DNA of 64,000 bases from a virus. Its lineage: Duplodnaviria; Heunggongvirae; Uroviricota; Caudoviricetes. The translations under genes and the position numbers were made by a program. Shown one piece after another: positions 1 through 9,879 of this stretch (its first letter is position 1; every line of letters begins with the position of its first letter). Below the pieces are notes generated by a model, which worked only from the letters and a program-made list of their open reading frames with translations, did not search any database and was not told the DNA's origin. The stretch lies in the IMG/VR virus record IMGVR_UViG_3300043395_001986, positions 1 through 64,000 of that record, one strand, 5' to 3'.

Positions 1-2
1 AT

Positions 3-755
3 ATGATGTATCATAAGAGGTATAGAATGGGTATTCACTTTGGAAAGGTACATACAATGGAAAGACCTGATATAATGAAAAGATTTCTTAACCACAATTA
101 CGAAAAGTTATGGATAACAGCATTACAGCATCAAGATTCAAATGTATTTACAAAAGAAGAAAGGGATATAATAGAAAATAAATTTCATAACAATGATTGG
201 ATATATGAACCATTTAGAGATGTAGATAATATATTTAATAATCGTTGTTATCTATCTAATATAGAAATGTGTCTTCAATCACAAATAGAAGCAGTATATG
301 AGACATCAATGGATGGACCTCAAAGAGATGTATCAACCGGTCCACAATATCGTAAATTGAATGAGAAATCTTTAAAGCATGCTCTCCTAATGAAACCATT
401 TATACATACATCACCACATTCACATAAGATATGGAAAGATTATGGTTTCATTCCCTATAAACCTTTATATCGTAGTGACATATGGGATGTATGGGAAGGT
501 GATTCGGTTGGTTTGGGTAATTCGGGTCATTGGCAATCTGCTCAATTGATTAGTGATAATATCGAATGGTTAATGAGTATGAGTGATGAAAAGTTTAATT
601 CGATACTAATGGAGTGTGAAGATATCCTTTTAATGAATAGAAAGATAGTGGAAACGGAAGCGGAAAAGGATATAGTGAGTGATTTGGTTTCTTTGTTCAA
701 AGGGATTGATGATGATAAGATTATTCGTAAAATGGTTAAAAGAGAGCTTATTTAA
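3..755 (+). CDS. GT10-like (fucosyltransferase-motif) putative glycosyltransferase, probably 5'-truncated; C-terminal KRELI tag
   Basis: AVYETS...NEKSLKHALLMKPFI...YGF matches the E-T/S...EK...P-F-I motif also seen in 2277, 3547 and 4775; ORF begins at the window edge. Confidence 0.45.
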   Translation: MMYHKRYRMGIHFGKVHTMERPDIMKRFLNHNYEKLWITALQHQDSNVFTKEERDIIENKFHNNDWIYEPFRDVDNIFNNRCYLSNIEMCLQSQIEAVYETSMDGPQRDVSTGPQYRKLNEKSLKHALLMKPFIHTSPHSHKIWKDYGFIPYKPLYRSDIWDVWEGDSVGLGNSGHWQSAQLISDNIEWLMSMSDEKFNSILMECEDILLMNRKIVETEAEKDIVSDLVSLFKGIDDDKIIRKMVKRELI

Positions 756-767
756 TACTTATAGTAT

Positions 768-1202
768 ATGAAAAGAGAAGATGTAAATGTAAGCGACAAC
801 GATAAGAGTGAAATGTTATCGGGTATCGCTCAAATCCTACGCGGAGTAGAAGATATGGGTAATAGAAAAGAATTAGCTAAACAACAAATCATTCAATTAA
901 AGGATGAAGGTATTGAGTTCGATATTAAAGAGTTCTTACTAATGTGTGGGTTTGGTGGTGATATGGCGGGTATTGAAACCACATCCATTACTTCAGAAAT
1001 GAGTAATAACGATATACACTTCAAACAATTATTAAAGATATATAGTAGAGGAGGGATGCTTAAAAAGGCAATATCTAATTACCTATTCCCTACTAAAAAT
1101 GGTGTTTCTATCTCTGATATAGCCAAAGAACTTCGTCATATGGATTATGATGATGTTACTGAATTAGAGAAGAAGCTTCGTATTGATATACATAAGTACT
1201 AA
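768..1202 (+). CDS. hypothetical protein
   Basis: 144-aa ORF preceded by TACTTATA motif. Confidence 0.6.
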   Translation: MKREDVNVSDNDKSEMLSGIAQILRGVEDMGNRKELAKQQIIQLKDEGIEFDIKEFLLMCGFGGDMAGIETTSITSEMSNNDIHFKQLLKIYSRGGMLKKAISNYLFPTKNGVSISDIAKELRHMDYDDVTELEKKLRIDIHKY

Positions 1203-1206
1203 TCCT

Positions 1207-1467
1207 ATGATGCTCCAACTTAATCCTATGATACCCATAGTGAGAGTTTCCGATAAGATGGAAGGGTATGCGTTCATTTGCATTGATTACTCCCAAGAAC
1301 ACAATCTACTCTTTGTATGTGCTATGGATGATGGGGAGATATGGACGTTGAACAATAAGGAAATCCGCTTTTGTAAAAACATTTCAATGGAACGAACAAA
1401 GATTAACTATGAAGAAACTAAACTACACACCGAAGAAATTGATAAACGATTTGGTCCTGGTCTTTAA
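1207..1467 (+). CDS. conserved phage hypothetical protein (LQLNP...IDY..EH...GE.WT..N..IR)
   Basis: ORF track 1183..1467; ATG at 1207/1210 avoids overlap with the upstream gene. Confidence 0.6.
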   Translation: MMLQLNPMIPIVRVSDKMEGYAFICIDYSQEHNLLFVCAMDDGEIWTLNNKEIRFCKNISMERTKINYEETKLHTEEIDKRFGPGL

Positions 1468-1612
1468 TTTAATTGCCGGCTTCTTTGCTATCCTTATGGC
1501 GACACCATTACTTATCATATTTTTTATTTATGTCCTAATTACCCGTCCTATTAAAGAGTGGTGGCGAGGTGTTAAAAAAAGAAAGCGTTATGATAGTACA
1601 TCTATACAATAA
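1409..1612 (+). CDS. small membrane protein
   Basis: Long hydrophobic stretch followed by a basic tail. Confidence 0.5.
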   Translation: MKKLNYTPKKLINDLVLVFNLIAGFFAILMATPLLIIFFIYVLITRPIKEWWRGVKKRKRYDSTSIQ

Positions 1613-2204
1613 TGGTGAACTTTGTATTCCGTTAAAACACGGATCGAGATTTTTTAAATCATATTATTACGATTTGTATCCGGATTTTAAAGAGAGTTCA
1701 TTTCGAAATATAGATGAATGGATATATGATGTAAAATGGATTATTGTTAGAGACCCGATAGAGCATTTAAAATCCGCGCTCAATACCGAGATAATGACCG
1801 ATGATATGTTAGATGATACGGAAGGAGTAATTGAGTATTTAAAAAGACATTATTATAAACCTCATTTTGGAAATCATTATGATTGTGAAATGCACAAATC
1901 ATTATACGAATCCGGATGTGATTTTAAAGTCATTGAATTAAAAAAGTTTAGTAATTTTTTAGCTTCCGAAACTGGATTATATAAACCATCTAAAAAAATT
2001 AAAGATTGGATTCCTATTGGTAAAAAAAATAAACCAATTTATATTAGTAGAGAAGAATTTTGGTATGAATTTTGTAAAAGATACCCAAAACAATCATTGG
2101 AATTAGTAGAACTTGCTTTAAAAGATAAAGAATATTATGATAAATTGTTATCCGAAAAGGAATATAAAATAGATATTAATAAAAGTTTAATAAAATTAAT
2201 ATAA
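1590..2204 (+). CDS. sulfotransferase-like protein; C-terminal KSLIKLI tag
   Basis: IPLKHGSRF (5'-PAPS loop-like) and IVRDPIEHLKS (RDP..R..S-like 3'-PAPS motif). Confidence 0.55.
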   Translation: MIVHLYNNGELCIPLKHGSRFFKSYYYDLYPDFKESSFRNIDEWIYDVKWIIVRDPIEHLKSALNTEIMTDDMLDDTEGVIEYLKRHYYKPHFGNHYDCEMHKSLYESGCDFKVIELKKFSNFLASETGLYKPSKKIKDWIPIGKKNKPIYISREEFWYEFCKRYPKQSLELVELALKDKEYYDKLLSEKEYKIDINKSLIKLI

Positions 2205-2276
2205 ACTATCAATAGGTGAAACATAAAAATAAAAAAAGAAAAATCGACTAATTCCCCCCAACCCCCCGCCGAATAA

Positions 2277-3218
2277 ATGGTAACAAACATTAATAATGAA
2301 TTCATTTTTAGAGCAAATGAGCCTCATATGGCGGAATCCGCGGAAGTGGATTATATGGGAAAACATAATATGCATTTCTTTATAACAGGTAATTTATTAG
2401 CAAAAAATAAAGAAGATGACGAATTTAGGTATGTAACTTGGAACTATTTTTTAGACCATCCACCTTTTATTGAAAAAAATAAACTTGATTTAAATTTTGT
2501 AAATACTTTTGATTTTAAATACAAAGTATTATGTTATAATAGAAGGGCACACGCTCATAGAAAGATATTAGTTTATAATATATTAAAAGATGAATTATTG
2601 AAAAATAATACATTATTTAGTTTGGGATATGAACAGGAATATAATGATAAAATAACCACAGAAATAATTGCGGGTTGTACTGAAAATTTGGTCGAAGCAA
2701 ACAATATATTTGATTATTTTACAAATTTAAAAAAAGATATATCCTTTGATAAAAATATAAATTTAAATAAACCAGATCCTGGACGTAGTTTTGTAATGAA
2801 AGATTATAAAAAAACGTTTGTATCGTTGGTAACTGAAACATTAGCTACAAATGATAAATTATTTTTTTCAGAAAAAACATATAAACCAATAGTTGCTCAA
2901 CAACCATTTATTATTATGGGAAATCCAAACTCATTAAAATACTTAAAAAGTATCGGATTTAAAACATTTGATAGGTGGTGGGATGAAAGTTATGATGAAG
3001 AAACAAATTTTAAGATACGATTTGAAAAAATATTAAATATAGTAAGAAAAATATGTAGTATGTCGTATAATGAATTATATACAATAAGAAAAGAAATTGA
3101 CTCGGTGTGTATACACAACTACAAACATTATTTAAAAAGTTCAGGTGTAACAGAAGAATTAAAAAAATTAGGGTTTATCCCACAAATATATCAAAATATT
3201 AATAGGAAATTAATTTAA
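2277..3218 (+). CDS. GT10-like putative glycosyltransferase; C-terminal RKLI tag
   Basis: VSLVTET...FFSEKTYKPIVAQQPFIIMG...GFKTFDRWWDESYD, resembling the alpha-1,3-fucosyltransferase motif. Confidence 0.55.
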   Translation: MVTNINNEFIFRANEPHMAESAEVDYMGKHNMHFFITGNLLAKNKEDDEFRYVTWNYFLDHPPFIEKNKLDLNFVNTFDFKYKVLCYNRRAHAHRKILVYNILKDELLKNNTLFSLGYEQEYNDKITTEIIAGCTENLVEANNIFDYFTNLKKDISFDKNINLNKPDPGRSFVMKDYKKTFVSLVTETLATNDKLFFSEKTYKPIVAQQPFIIMGNPNSLKYLKSIGFKTFDRWWDESYDEETNFKIRFEKILNIVRKICSMSYNELYTIRKEIDSVCIHNYKHYLKSSGVTEELKKLGFIPQIYQNINRKLI

Positions 3219-3253
3219 CTATATATTTATTATTGAATTAAAAACATATAACT

Positions 3254-3460
3254 ATGGCACAATTTAATGTTAAAGCTTCGGCTTACGGAAAAGAAGTTAT
3301 TATTGCAGTAGAAGCTGAAACTTCAGTAGAAGCAGTTGAAAAAGTAAGAAATGGTGAATATTGGGAACAAACATCATCTTTGACTGAAGGTCACGAAGTT
3401 GATTTAGGTACAGAAGAAGAGCCTAAAGGACACGAATTAGTAGTATCTATTGTAGAATAA
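3254..3460 (+). CDS. small acidic protein on an apparently monocistronic transcript
   Basis: 68 aa, Glu-rich; TATTTATT upstream, terminator downstream. Confidence 0.75.
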   Translation: MAQFNVKASAYGKEVIIAVEAETSVEAVEKVRNGEYWEQTSSLTEGHEVDLGTEEEPKGHELVVSIVE

Positions 3461-3483
3461 TAAATCTAATTAAAAATAAATTT

Positions 3484-3512
3484 AGGGGATATGAATTAAT
3501 ATCCCCTTTTTT
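3484..3512 (+). terminator. rho-independent terminator
   Basis: AGGGGATAT-GAATTA-ATATCCCCT followed by a T-tract. Confidence 0.85.
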
Positions 3513-3546
3513 AGTTTGTTTCTATTTATAAGAGATAAAATTTGTT

Positions 3547-4803
3547 ATGAATTTAGATAGTATAAAAAAGGTTTTTGTTTTACCACACTTCTCACATATT
3601 GGTTCGTTTAATGCATGGACATGTATACCAATTTTATTTGGTCATACAACCTTTGATAAAGATAAAATGTTTGATTATTATTTTAATAAACAAATACTGC
3701 ATTTAAATAATGGATTAGAAATAGAAGTATTAAACCCAAATGTAAAAGAAAATTTAAATGAAATACCAAACGAAGATGGTATCGTAAGTATATTTTATTG
3801 GAATAATTATACCGATGACAATTGGAACAGATTATTAAAATTTATAGATGGACATGATAAAAACGAAATATTAGTTTTTAGTTATGTATCCGACCCAACT
3901 CTTACTGGTAATCCACATCACCACGTTAATAGTGAAACATTAGACCAATTTTTAGGTAAAAAAGTTCGCTTCATTTCTGCATTTCCACATTCTAAACATC
4001 CAAATTACATTTATTCATTAGAAGCTGCGTATCTATGGTGGGCACATCCTGATATCAGATTTACAGAAATGTGTATGTTGGCATCAAATATTTGTCAGTA
4101 CTTACATGTACCAAAAAGAATAAGTGGATATTTCGGTAAACCTAGATGGGATAGATTGGAATTTTATAGAGAGTGTAAAGATAGTTTAAACGAAAATTTT
4201 TCATTGTATTGTGCGTTTCCAGGTGAAACGAGATTGGAAGGTAGAGATATGGGTGATACTTCTGATGTATATGATATACCAAAACCTCCTGATTTTTTTG
4301 AATACATTTCTGAAAAAAATCATTATTCAAATTTATTTTATATGAAGTCCGATGTACTATATACACATATATTATTAGGAGCAAACATATCTATTTTATT
4401 TGAATCTAATAATTGCGAAAATGAACCTGAATTATTAAAAAGATGGTGTTGGAGCGAAAAGGGATTAGGACATCTATTATTGGGTAAACCATTTTTACCA
4501 ATAGAAGCATCATCATATCTTGCTCAAAAACAAATGGGAATATTACATCCAAAGGTTATTGATTATTACGAAAATGTTGCAAATATATTAGATTTTAGTA
4601 CAAAGGATTATTCAAAAACATTATATAAACACATACATAATTTTATAAAACAAATTTTAGAAATGCCCGAAATAGAGTATAATCGGTTTTATAAAGAATG
4701 GATAATGATTTGTCAGCCGGCAAAAGAAAAAATAAAACAAAATTTTAAAGACGGTATCTTAAAAAGCGTTATTGATGAAGAAAATAGTTTATATAACTCA
4801 TAG
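3547..4803 (+). CDS. GT10-like putative glycosyltransferase
   Basis: SILFESN...WSEKGLGHLLLGKPFLPI. Confidence 0.45.
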   Translation: MNLDSIKKVFVLPHFSHIGSFNAWTCIPILFGHTTFDKDKMFDYYFNKQILHLNNGLEIEVLNPNVKENLNEIPNEDGIVSIFYWNNYTDDNWNRLLKFIDGHDKNEILVFSYVSDPTLTGNPHHHVNSETLDQFLGKKVRFISAFPHSKHPNYIYSLEAAYLWWAHPDIRFTEMCMLASNICQYLHVPKRISGYFGKPRWDRLEFYRECKDSLNENFSLYCAFPGETRLEGRDMGDTSDVYDIPKPPDFFEYISEKNHYSNLFYMKSDVLYTHILLGANISILFESNNCENEPELLKRWCWSEKGLGHLLLGKPFLPIEASSYLAQKQMGILHPKVIDYYENVANILDFSTKDYSKTLYKHIHNFIKQILEMPEIEYNRFYKEWIMICQPAKEKIKQNFKDGILKSVIDEENSLYNS

Positions 4804-5965
4804 AGGAGTAGTTTCTGAATTAGATTTAGTTCCATTGATTGGTGAAAATAATTGCCCATCCGTTAGAGAGTTTCTAAACGATGCGAATAGAGAAGATACA
4901 CATTCTTATTTTAGAACGGAAGAAGGATTTGAAATAAAAATTATTAATAGTTGGGATATTTTTAACAATGATTCATTTTTGAAAATGGATGTTGATGGTT
5001 ATGATGTTGTATTTGTTGATATATCTAATGACCCACCTCAACAATTACCATTTGATATAAGAAAATTTTTAAATAGTTTAACAAAAATACAAAATATTCC
5101 AGTATATCTATTAGCATGGAATACTGAATACAATTATAATATGAATGATGAGGTATTAAATCCCGAAATTATTTCTATTGTAAGTAACAATACTAATATA
5201 AAAATAGTAGATGGTTTATATTTTCAAGAAGATACAATCAATTCTTTGTTACTTCCACTAATGTATATGTGTAGACATACATCTGATTATGCATTAACAT
5301 ATATGGGAGCAAAAGAATATTTTCAAATCGTAAATAAACCATATAGATTCGGATTTAATCCAGGTAGATTAACTAATATCCGTAAAAAATTTTTACATAA
5401 ATTAATAGATAGTGATATTATAAACCATTATAAATTTCATTTTAGCCATAATTCATATTCTAATATTGATGTATCGGATATACCGGATAATATAATAAAA
5501 AATAATGTTACTCGTTCGTTCTTACCTATAAAAAATAAAAGGGTTAGTCATTTATATATGCAAAATGAGTCAATATTTAATGCACATCTACTTTCTGATG
5601 TTATAATATATAATGATTCATACGCATCAAGACCACTAAATGAAATATTATTTACCGAAAAAACATTTCAAATGTTAATGTTAGGTAAACCAATAATTCC
5701 ATTGGATAAAAACATTTATTTGGCAATTAAAAAAATGGGATTTAATATTGTTTCGGATATAGATGAGAGAATATATGATGAATTTGAATACGAAAACAGG
5801 TTTAATTATCTCATTTCATTTATAAAAGAAAAATTAAATATGTCAGAAACAGAATATTTAATTTGGAAAGAGGAGCAATATAAAATAGCAAAAGCAAATT
5901 CAGATAGATTGGAAACAATTTATAAAGATGGATTATTAAAAGAATTAAATATTTATAAACAATAA
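4775..5965 (+). CDS. GT10-like putative glycosyltransferase
   Basis: LFTEKTFQMLMLGKPIIP...KMGF; paralog of 3547. Confidence 0.45.
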   Translation: MKKIVYITHRGVVSELDLVPLIGENNCPSVREFLNDANREDTHSYFRTEEGFEIKIINSWDIFNNDSFLKMDVDGYDVVFVDISNDPPQQLPFDIRKFLNSLTKIQNIPVYLLAWNTEYNYNMNDEVLNPEIISIVSNNTNIKIVDGLYFQEDTINSLLLPLMYMCRHTSDYALTYMGAKEYFQIVNKPYRFGFNPGRLTNIRKKFLHKLIDSDIINHYKFHFSHNSYSNIDVSDIPDNIIKNNVTRSFLPIKNKRVSHLYMQNESIFNAHLLSDVIIYNDSYASRPLNEILFTEKTFQMLMLGKPIIPLDKNIYLAIKKMGFNIVSDIDERIYDEFEYENRFNYLISFIKEKLNMSETEYLIWKEEQYKIAKANSDRLETIYKDGLLKELNIYKQ

Positions 5966-6007
5966 AGGTTACTTATTATTCACGAAACCAAAACTTAATG
6001 GACGAGG

Positions 6008-6244
6008 GTGATAAACAGAATAAAGAAACTCAAAGAGAGAGAACACCGATTGACGGTATACAAAGATACTTCGCTAATGTTAGCGATGTTCTTTCTTCCG
6101 TTTGGCTACGATGCCCTATTCAAAATGATTATGGATATTACAGATTCATATTGGATAGCAGACGTAGTTTTTTATTCTATTTCAGGATGTTTTTGGTTAT
6201 CGTATATCTTTCTTTCGAATTATATAAACAAACTAAATAAGTAA
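6008..6244 (+). CDS. small membrane protein (2 predicted TM segments)
   Basis: GTG start, two hydrophobic segments. Confidence 0.6.
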   Translation: MINRIKKLKEREHRLTVYKDTSLMLAMFFLPFGYDALFKMIMDITDSYWIADVVFYSISGCFWLSYIFLSNYINKLNK

Positions 6245-6248
6245 CACT

Positions 6249-6374
6249 ATGGCAAAAGCAAAATCAGCTAGTTCTAACAAAGTATCCTTTGGAAAAAGAA
6301 AAACAGGAAAAGCAGTAAAAAGTTATAACAAACATGATAGAAAAGAAAAAAATTACAGAGGACAAGGTAGATAA
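6249..6374 (+). CDS. small basic protein ending YRGQGR (absent from ORF track)
   Basis: Hand translation MAKAKSASSNKVSFGKRKTGKAVKSYNKHDRKEKNYRGQGR, 41 aa; resembles small basic YRGQG-terminal proteins of large phages. Confidence 0.7.
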   Translation: MAKAKSASSNKVSFGKRKTGKAVKSYNKHDRKEKNYRGQGR

Positions 6375-7440
6375 TATTGTATTAGCAGGATGCTCCTTTT
6401 CTGATACTGGAATTAGGTTTCCTAACGAACCTGTTTTAGTAAAACAAATTAATTACGATAATGAATTAATAGATGTGGGTGGATTACCTGGAGAAGCTAA
6501 AAATCAACATTTTATTGAAATTGAACTTAATAACCAAAACAAACAACATAATGTAACATTGTATAATGTTGCAAGAGGTTCGTTTGGTAATCATGTTATA
6601 ACACATAGATTTAAAGAAAAGGTAAACGATATATTAGAACAAAATCCAAACGCTAAAATAGTTGGTATCGTTCAATTAAGTGCATTATTAAGAGCAGATT
6701 CTGTTCAGGTAGAAATCAACACAAAAGATTTTCCATTTGATTATGAAAATCCTTTTTTAAAACAAAAAATATATTCATTAGAAACTTTTTACGAAAAGCA
6801 TTTAGATAATATTATTGATTTAAAACAATTTTGCGATTCAAAAAATATTGAGGTGTTAGTTTACTTTGGTTGGGCAAATCTATATAGTAATTATTTTTCT
6901 CAATATCCTAATTTAATTCCAAAATTAAATAAAGTTAAAGAAATTGTTACATTTATAGAATATGATGTACATGAAGACGAATGTGCAAATTATTGTGCTG
7001 GACCTAAAAACGTAACTTCTAAATATTTTAAAACTATTGATGAAAAAGAAATAGAAATATATAAATTAGGTGCAGATAATTTTGGCGGAATTGCAGAATA
7101 CGCTAGAGAAAAATTGGAAATAGGATATCGTTATATTTCTTGGTTTGATGCACATCCATCAACTGCTTCTCATTTTCTTTGGTACAAAGATATAGTAAGA
7201 CCATTTTTATTAAAAACGGGTGTATTAAATCCAGAATCAGAATTTCCTAAAAATGTAGAAAATAATTTAAAAGTTATATGCGATGTTCAAAAAAAAAGAT
7301 TTATTAAATGGTTTGGATTAGAATATGTGCATGAAGATGCACACGCTACATTTAAACGATATAAAGATACCTGGTATAAATCAATGTCTTACGAAATTGA
7401 ATATGTATTAGAAGAAAAAGTAAAACAATTTAGTAAGTGA
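6334..7440 (+). CDS. SGNH/GDSL-like hydrolase or acyltransferase
   Basis: Block I GCSFS, block II ARGSFGN, block V DAHP. Confidence 0.65.
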   Translation: MIEKKKITEDKVDNIVLAGCSFSDTGIRFPNEPVLVKQINYDNELIDVGGLPGEAKNQHFIEIELNNQNKQHNVTLYNVARGSFGNHVITHRFKEKVNDILEQNPNAKIVGIVQLSALLRADSVQVEINTKDFPFDYENPFLKQKIYSLETFYEKHLDNIIDLKQFCDSKNIEVLVYFGWANLYSNYFSQYPNLIPKLNKVKEIVTFIEYDVHEDECANYCAGPKNVTSKYFKTIDEKEIEIYKLGADNFGGIAEYAREKLEIGYRYISWFDAHPSTASHFLWYKDIVRPFLLKTGVLNPESEFPKNVENNLKVICDVQKKRFIKWFGLEYVHEDAHATFKRYKDTWYKSMSYEIEYVLEEKVKQFSK

Positions 7441-8147
7441 AAACATTAGCAGAAATACAAAACGATTATGGTTTTTATGAAAAAGAAACCGATACACGTT
7501 TTACTCTAAATGGTATTTATCCAGAACATCAAATAGTAAAGGATTACCCATCTTTGGATTCAAAAGAGTGGAAGTTAATACCAAATAATGAAGATGTTTA
7601 TATTCCATTCTTTATTAAGATAGGAGATACCAAATATATTTGTGAAATGTTATATAAAGAATTATATCAAAGTTATTCCGAAGGTAATATGTATTTTACA
7701 TTAGATGATATATTGGGAATAGATATAGATACAACAAAAACTTACAATTATATAGTAGAAAAATATAAAGATAAATTAAAAGATGCTGGCATAGAGGAAT
7801 TTAAATTACATTCTAACGATGGAAATAGACCAACGGATATTGATATATTAAATCAATTTTTATATCTATTCGGTAAGAATGCAGATAGAGTTCATGCAAA
7901 GTATAAACTAAAAAGATTATTTGATGCAAACGATAATCCAACTGCAGATTTTCCTGCTAATGTAGCGGCATCTAAAGCAGCAAGAGATAAAATAAGAAGT
8001 GTAGACCAATATTTAGTAGATACTACTTCTACAAGCTCTACCCAAACATCGCAAACATACAATGTATCGACTCCACAAAAACCAGCACAATCACAAACAA
8101 CCTTACAGCAACTTTGGGGAGGATTTAAATCAATATTTGGTGGTTAA
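7437..8147 (+). CDS. hypothetical protein
   Basis: 236-aa ORF, GTG start, S/T/Q-rich tail. Confidence 0.6.
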   Translation: MKTLAEIQNDYGFYEKETDTRFTLNGIYPEHQIVKDYPSLDSKEWKLIPNNEDVYIPFFIKIGDTKYICEMLYKELYQSYSEGNMYFTLDDILGIDIDTTKTYNYIVEKYKDKLKDAGIEEFKLHSNDGNRPTDIDILNQFLYLFGKNADRVHAKYKLKRLFDANDNPTADFPANVAASKAARDKIRSVDQYLVDTTSTSSTQTSQTYNVSTPQKPAQSQTTLQQLWGGFKSIFGG

Positions 8148-8163
8148 TTAATATTTATAGTAT

Positions 8164-8541
8164 ATGGATATTCGTAAACTAGATAAAATGGTTGATATGT
8201 ATGTAAAGGTAGATTGGAGAAATTACTTTGATGAGGCAGCATCTCCTGCTGTACACAACTACATTAATAATAATGCAGATACAATTTATCCTTGGTTGTT
8301 TGATGTAATAAAGCATGCAATAGAAAAAAAATTAGAAGAAGTAGCAATTGTAAAATTCATTGACTCTAAAATGTATGCTACTATAAAAAAAGAAGATTAC
8401 CCTGATTTATTAGAAAAAATAATGAATCATCATATTATAAAAGAAGAATATGAAAAATGTGCAAGCATACGAGATATGATTGCAGATTTAAAAAATCCAA
8501 AAAAATTAAAAAGAAAATATACTAAAAAAACTCCAAAATAA
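8164..8541 (+). CDS. UVR (UvrB/C) motif protein
   Basis: EEYEKCASIRD matches E.YE.AA..RD. Confidence 0.6.
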   Translation: MDIRKLDKMVDMYVKVDWRNYFDEAASPAVHNYINNNADTIYPWLFDVIKHAIEKKLEEVAIVKFIDSKMYATIKKEDYPDLLEKIMNHHIIKEEYEKCASIRDMIADLKNPKKLKRKYTKKTPK

Positions 8542-8551
8542 ATTAAATAAT

Positions 8552-9112
8552 ATGGAAAGGTTACATACATTTAAAAATTTTCTTTCAAAAGAAGAATGTT
8601 ATTCTATTTTAGAAAAATATAAAGTAGAATTAAATTTAAAACCAGCCGAGATTCAATTCAATGGCCAAAAAGTTGTTAACGATAAAAGAAAATCATCCAT
8701 AGCCTTTATAGATAATATAAATGAAATAGATGAACGATTAAAAGATACTTTAAAAAATCTCATACAATTAAAAGGATATGAACTTACTGGATTAGGTCCG
8801 TATCAATTTACTGAATATAAAACTGGAGAATACTATGCTTGGCATACGGATTCTTCAAATGAGCCGGAATATAAAGATAGATTCTGTTCTATTGTCATTC
8901 AACTAAATGATGAATATAGTGGTGGATATTTACAATTAATAGATGAAAGTGAGGATAATATATATCAATGCGATCATGGAGTCGGTACAATGTATATATT
9001 TTATTCAAACATAAAACATAGAGTTATACCAGTAACAGAAGGAGTTAGATATTCCCTAGTTAATTGGGTTTCATTGAAAAAATTAAATGATTTCAAAAAA
9101 ACATTAATATAA
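8552..9112 (+). CDS. 2OG-Fe(II) oxygenase (prolyl-hydroxylase-like); KKTLI tag
   Basis: WHTD...KHRVIPVTEGVRYSLVNW. Confidence 0.9.
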   Translation: MERLHTFKNFLSKEECYSILEKYKVELNLKPAEIQFNGQKVVNDKRKSSIAFIDNINEIDERLKDTLKNLIQLKGYELTGLGPYQFTEYKTGEYYAWHTDSSNEPEYKDRFCSIVIQLNDEYSGGYLQLIDESEDNIYQCDHGVGTMYIFYSNIKHRVIPVTEGVRYSLVNWVSLKKLNDFKKTLI

Positions 9113-9879
9113 TGCTTATTGATGATAAATTTATATTTGTTTCATTGCCAAGAAGAGCATCAACTTCATTTCATTATTCGTGTTTACTAAATGGATTGAA
9201 TGTAAAAAATATAGGCCCAGTTGATTGGAGTATAGCAAATTCTAAAATTGATTTTAAAAATATAAATGAATCAAATATAATGGATTATATAGCTCATGGA
9301 CATGAGAGAATTGTTGAAGAAAAAATGATATACGGAAACATATATCCAATCATTGCAATATATAGAAATAGACATGAATCATTTTATTCTTATTTTAAAC
9401 ATTTAATTTACGATTTAAACAGAGCAGGATTCACAAAAATAGCTAAACATCTTTCAGAATTACAAACAAAAGATTTATTTTTTTTTAAAACAAATGATTT
9501 AAAATCATCAACATCACGTAGTGAAGTAATAATAAATTATTTATATGATAATAAATTAATTGAAAAAAAAAGTTATAAAAAATCAAAAAATCAAATTTTA
9601 AATACGGACGAATATGTCATAAATGTGATAGATATACTACTGGCTCCTACATCTCATTGGCATAATAACGATACTGATATAATTTGGTTTGATATAAATA
9701 ATTTATCAAAATTAGAAGAATGGGTATCAAACATTACAAATAAGCCATTTAAATTAAAAAAATTAAATTCAAATAATAAAATTAAATGTAATTTAGAATT
9801 AAACGAAGAATTTATTTATTATTATAATAATGTTTATGATTACTATGATTTACCTAAAAATAAAAAAACATTAATATAA
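9112..9879 (+). CDS. sulfotransferase-like protein; KKTLI tag
   Basis: FIFVSLPRRASTSF (PAPS loop), RNRHESFYS. Confidence 0.65.
   Translation: MLIDDKFIFVSLPRRASTSFHYSCLLNGLNVKNIGPVDWSIANSKIDFKNINESNIMDYIAHGHERIVEEKMIYGNIYPIIAIYRNRHESFYSYFKHLIYDLNRAGFTKIAKHLSELQTKDLFFFKTNDLKSSTSRSEVIINYLYDNKLIEKKSYKKSKNQILNTDEYVINVIDILLAPTSHWHNNDTDIIWFDINNLSKLEEWVSNITNKPFKLKKLNSNNKIKCNLELNEEFIYYYNNVYDYYDLPKNKKTLI

Noticed and set aside
5998-6240. 80-aa ORF overlapping 6008..6244
   Set aside because: Alternative frame; the 6008 frame gives a coherent two-TM protein. Not fully excluded.
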